Below are positions 60,601-64,000 of a DNA stretch of 64,000 bases, piece by piece. A model generated the notes under the pieces. It made no database searches, was not told the DNA's origin, and worked only from the letters and a program-made list of their open reading frames with translations. How positions within the stretch are numbered: the stretch's first letter is position 1; every line of letters begins with the position of its first letter. The position numbers were made by a program, and so were the translations under genes. Source of the DNA: Candidatus Xenobia bacterium. Its GTDB lineage: Bacteria > Vulcanimicrobiota > Xenobia > Xenobiales > QWHO01. The stretch spans positions 1-64,000 of the forward strand of contig BTUM01000018.1 of assembly GCA_045863235.1 (NCBI GenBank). Direction: 5' to 3'.

Positions 60601-61266
60601 ATGGCCTATCGCGCGGTTCTCTTCGACCTGGACGGCACCCTGATCGACTCCGAGCGCCACAACCTGGTGGCCTGGCGGGCGGCCTGCGCCCACCACGGAT
60701 TCGCTCTCAGCGACGCGTTCTACCACAGCCTGATCGGACTGAGCAAGGTGAAGGCCGACGAGCGCCTGCAAGAAGAGTTCGGGCCGGGGTGCGATGTGGT
60801 CGCCCTGCGCGAGACCCGTCGGGAGATTTTCTACCACGCCTGGGACAATGGCTCCCCCGTGCCCTGGAAACCCGGCCTGGATAGCCTGCTGCCCTGGCTC
60901 GAGCAGCGAGGCGTGGGTCGGGCCGTGGCCACCTCCAGCTCCCAGCCCGAAGCCTTCGCCAAGCTCACCCGGGCGCGTCTGGTGGAGCATTTCTCGGTGG
61001 TCGTGTGCGGCGACGAGGTCCCCGCCGGAAAGCCCGCGCCGGACATCTTCCTGGAGGCCGCCCGCCGACTCGACGTCGACCCTTCGCGCTGCCTCGTGGT
61101 GGAAGATTCGCCGTGGGGTGTGCTGGCCGCCCGCAGGGCGGGGATGGAGGTCGTCTACATTCCCGACCTGCTCGGCCCCGAGGGAGTCGAGGCGCGCGTG
61201 CTCGCGAGCCTGGCTGAGCTGCCGGTGCTCTTCGGGGGTCAACCTGATCAGAGGAGAAGCCCATGA
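60601..61266 (+). CDS. HAD family phosphatase
   Basis: FDLDGTLIDSE, ATSS, GKPAPDIF and VEDS motifs. Confidence 0.9.
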   Translation: MAYRAVLFDLDGTLIDSERHNLVAWRAACAHHGFALSDAFYHSLIGLSKVKADERLQEEFGPGCDVVALRETRREIFYHAWDNGSPVPWKPGLDSLLPWLEQRGVGRAVATSSSQPEAFAKLTRARLVEHFSVVVCGDEVPAGKPAPDIFLEAARRLDVDPSRCLVVEDSPWGVLAARRAGMEVVYIPDLLGPEGVEARVLASLAELPVLFGGQPDQRRSP

Positions 61267-62081
61267 ACCAGCTCGAGTATTGGAACGGTCGCGCCGGGGA
61301 AACGTGGACCGCGCAGCGCGACAACCTGGACCGGATGCTGTCGAGTTGCACGGCCGCGCTGAGGGAGCGGGCTGGCCCGGTAGCGGGCTTGCGCCTTCTC
61401 GACATCGGTTGCGGCACGGGGGAGACCTGCGCTGTCTGGCTGGCCGAGGGAGCCGAGGTGACGGGGGTGGACATCTCGCGGGCGATGCTGGCCGTGGCCC
61501 GCAGCCGCACCGAGGGCAAGGCCCTGCTCCTGGAGGCGGACGCGTCCCGATGGCGGGATGAAAGGCCTTTCGACCTGGCTGTCTCCCGGTTTGGAGTGAT
61601 GTTCTTCGACGATCCCGAGGGCGGCTTTGCCAACATCGCGGCCAACCTGCGTCCGGGAGGACGGATGGTGTTCTGCTGCTGGCGGGCGCCCGAGGAGAAT
61701 CCCTGGGCCACGGTGCCGATTGAAGCCGTGCGCGACCTCGTGCCAGAGGCTCCACCCGCGGCGCCCTTCGCGCCCGGCCCCTTCGCCCTGGCCGACCGAG
61801 AGCGGCTGGCCGGAATCCTGGCTCGAGCGGGGTTTGTGGAGGTGACGCTGGAGCCGCTGGACTTCCCGGCCTGCCTGGCGAGTGAAGGGGGCGTGCGAGC
61901 GGCGGTGGATTTTGTCATGCAGGTTGGCCCGGCCGGTGCCGCCCTGGCCGAGGTCGGCCCCGAGACCCGTGCCCGGGCCGCGGAGCGGCTCGAGTCCGCC
62001 CTGGCTCCCCACGAGCAAGACGGCCAGGTGAGGCTGAGAGGCGCCGCCTGGATGGTAACGGGTGTGCGCCCGACCAGATGA
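61263..62081 (+). CDS. Class I SAM-dependent methyltransferase
   Basis: LLDIGCGTG, GVDIS, SRFGVMFF and LRPGGR motifs. Confidence 0.9.
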   Translation: MNQLEYWNGRAGETWTAQRDNLDRMLSSCTAALRERAGPVAGLRLLDIGCGTGETCAVWLAEGAEVTGVDISRAMLAVARSRTEGKALLLEADASRWRDERPFDLAVSRFGVMFFDDPEGGFANIAANLRPGGRMVFCCWRAPEENPWATVPIEAVRDLVPEAPPAAPFAPGPFALADRERLAGILARAGFVEVTLEPLDFPACLASEGGVRAAVDFVMQVGPAGAALAEVGPETRARAAERLESALAPHEQDGQVRLRGAAWMVTGVRPTR

Positions 62082-63142
62082 TGCGCGAAACCTTTCTGAA
62101 CGCCGCTCACGAGATGTTCGACGGCTATTGCGACCTCTACGCGGCCCTGAGCCGGGCCGGCGCGGAGTCGCCCGACGTGCTGGCGCTGGCCGAGCACGCC
62201 CGCCCCGGGCAGTCGCAACCCCTCCTGCTGCTGGACGTCGTCCACTACCTCCTGCGTGAGCGGCCGGAGCACGCGCTGGCCGACTACTACCGCAGCCTCA
62301 GGCCCGAGCCTCTGCCTGCCGCGGAGGCGATCGGACCCTACCTCAGCTTCTGTCGGGAGCACCGGGCGCAGATTGAGCAGTTGTTGCCGCAGCGCCAGGT
62401 GCAAACCAACGAGGTGCGCCGCGCGGCCACGCTGCTGCCGGTGCTGGGCCTGGCCTGGAAGCGCGTGGCCGAGCAGCCCCTGGCGCTGGTTGCGCTGGGC
62501 GCCAGCGGGGGTTTGCTGCTGATGCTGGACCGCTACCGTTACGACTACGGTCCGGCCGGACAGGTGGGGGACCCGGCCGCGCGCCTGGTGCTGACCTGCC
62601 AGGCACGCGGTCCGGTGCCGATTCCGCAGCGCATCCCGGTCCTGGCCAGCCGGGCCGGCATCGACCTCAATCCCATCGACGTGCGGGAGGATTCCCAGCG
62701 TCGCTGGCTTGAGGCCCAGATCTGGCCGACCGAAGCCTTCGACGACCGGGTCAGGCGGCTCGACCTGGCCGCGGAGGTGACGGCCCAGGATCCGCCCCGC
62801 CTCATTCGGGGCGATCTGCTGGCCGAGCTGGCACCGCTGGTGGCCTCCGTGCCCGCCGAGCAGGCAGTGTGCCTGATGCACAGCTACACGACCTACGAGA
62901 TGCCTCCGGAAGGCCGCGCCCGGCTGTCGGCCCTGGTGCGCCAGCTCGGCGAGACCCGGCCGGTGCTGTGCGCCGGGCTCGAGTGGGACAGCCACCGGGT
63001 AACCTGGCTCAACCTGCAGCACTTCGCGCCCGGGCAGGAGCCCTGGGAGCGCCAGTTGGGGCACGCGCAGGTCCACGGCGAGTGGGTCGAGTGGCTCGCG
63101 GATGGGAAAAACTCACAGACCGAGCTCGCGCCGGTCGAGTAG
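62078..63142 (+). CDS. DUF2332 family protein
   Basis: VQTNEVRR, LGASGGLLL..DRYRY, GIDLNP and C-terminal HGEWVEW motifs. Confidence 0.82.
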   Translation: MMRETFLNAAHEMFDGYCDLYAALSRAGAESPDVLALAEHARPGQSQPLLLLDVVHYLLRERPEHALADYYRSLRPEPLPAAEAIGPYLSFCREHRAQIEQLLPQRQVQTNEVRRAATLLPVLGLAWKRVAEQPLALVALGASGGLLLMLDRYRYDYGPAGQVGDPAARLVLTCQARGPVPIPQRIPVLASRAGIDLNPIDVREDSQRRWLEAQIWPTEAFDDRVRRLDLAAEVTAQDPPRLIRGDLLAELAPLVASVPAEQAVCLMHSYTTYEMPPEGRARLSALVRQLGETRPVLCAGLEWDSHRVTWLNLQHFAPGQEPWERQLGHAQVHGEWVEWLADGKNSQTELAPVE

Positions 63143-63366
63143 AATGGGGTCACGGTTCCCCGAACCCGCACGAAACGCAAGAATCGTCGCTCTTACCCGG
63201 GGAACCTACATGGGGCTACTTGAATGGCGCCCCGACTGGGTTTGCAGAGCGTGCTGGGTGGGTTTGCTCACCTCTTGCTCACCAAATCCGAAATTGCTTC
63301 GTTGAGCCATTTCAAGAGTCACCAGCCGTCGTCCCTTTCGTGGCCCCCCGGTTCCCGGCTGCTCCG

Positions 63367-64000
63367 TCAGCTTCTTAGGAGCCAGCGCCAGACAGGAATT
63401 GTCTCCGCGCGTTCGACTCTGGCCAGCCGAGCATCTTCATTGGTCAATGTGAGCAGCAGGCCACACGCCTCGGGGAAATCTCTCAGGGCCTCCTCGAGAG
63501 CGCCAGCCTCCCGCTCGCGGGTGCCCTCCTCTGACATTCCCGCGCAGACCTGAATGAGCAACTCTGTGCCGTCATGAAGCCGAGCCTGAAAGTCCACCTC
63601 CTGGCCGCTCGCCGTGGTGCAGTAACCCCACTCTGAGCTCCGACGGGCCAACTCCAGGGCGACGGCCGTTTCCAGCCGAGAGCCGACGTTTCTCTTACCA
63701 CTCCGATCGAAAGCGCGGACCATTCCCGGATCGAGCGGGTAGATTTTGCGAGGGTTTGACTGGCGTCGGCGCTCGCTCGTGGTAGCCAGCGAGGCGGTCA
63801 CGAACAGGAATGCATCCTCCAGGTACGCCATCAACTCGTGCAGTGTCTGCTTGGAAACCGGCAGGCCCTGGCTGCGGAGGTCGTTGTAGAAGCGGTGTAC
63901 GCTGAATCGGCCGCCAGCGGCTCCAAGCAGTTGGCGAACGAGGCGCCGCAAAGCCTCGACGTTGGTGATCGAGTGACGCTCCACCACATCCCGCAAAATG
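63367..64000 (-). CDS. ATP-binding protein, AAA_14/DUF4143 family, 5'-partial
   Basis: RDVVERH, YLEDAFL, NPRKIY..DPG, ETAVALEL and EVDF motifs. Runs off the right edge. Confidence 0.82.
   Translation of the reverse strand, partial: ILRDVVERHSITNVEALRRLVRQLLGAAGGRFSVHRFYNDLRSQGLPVSKQTLHELMAYLEDAFLFVTASLATTSERRRQSNPRKIYPLDPGMVRAFDRSGKRNVGSRLETAVALELARRSSEWGYCTTASGQEVDFQARLHDGTELLIQVCAGMSEEGTREREAGALEEALRDFPEACGLLLTLTNEDARLARVERAETIPVWRWLLRS

Overview
GC-rich bacterial chromosomal window with about 55 protein-coding genes. No rRNA, tRNA or CRISPR array is visible. Gene content (expanded minor pilin/pseudopilin clusters, REC-BTAD regulator, Big_2 lipoproteins, many low-complexity secreted-looking proteins) would fit Eremiobacterota/Vulcanimicrobiota, but this is inference only. 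Left to right: a partial HNH protein; a baeRF(eRF1-like)-acsA-pdhA-pdhB-pdhC-ACP operon with no E3 gene; a phage-like DUF6948/Gly-rich pair; WS/DGAT, STAS and L,D-transpeptidase genes; a pilin cluster, a C39-like/LysM/SLT hydrolase, pilC and a histidine kinase; two Ala/Ser-rich harpin-like genes (one with a GDPH autocleavage-type motif) separated by a structured RNA-like spacer; a TpsA-YfiR pair; a radical SAM operon; cls; an orphan NHLP-leader gene; two large lipoproteins; a second pilin cluster; an island; an ACP-AMP ligase-acyltransferase fusion and housekeeping genes. The best candidate for a new system is at 31864-33735 (minus): an RRE-less radical SAM enzyme translationally coupled to three paralogous ~93-aa Tat-signal, Pro-rich proteins that together carry nine copies of a P-x-[VMA]-x-G-x-[VMAF] motif. 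The second is a ~6.1 kb integrase-less segment (49114-55240) bounded by a synonymously recoded duplicate of the last 20 codons of the acyltransferase-fusion gene, containing gene fragments and a protease/chaperone pair. All family assignments come from motif recognition by eye, not database searches.
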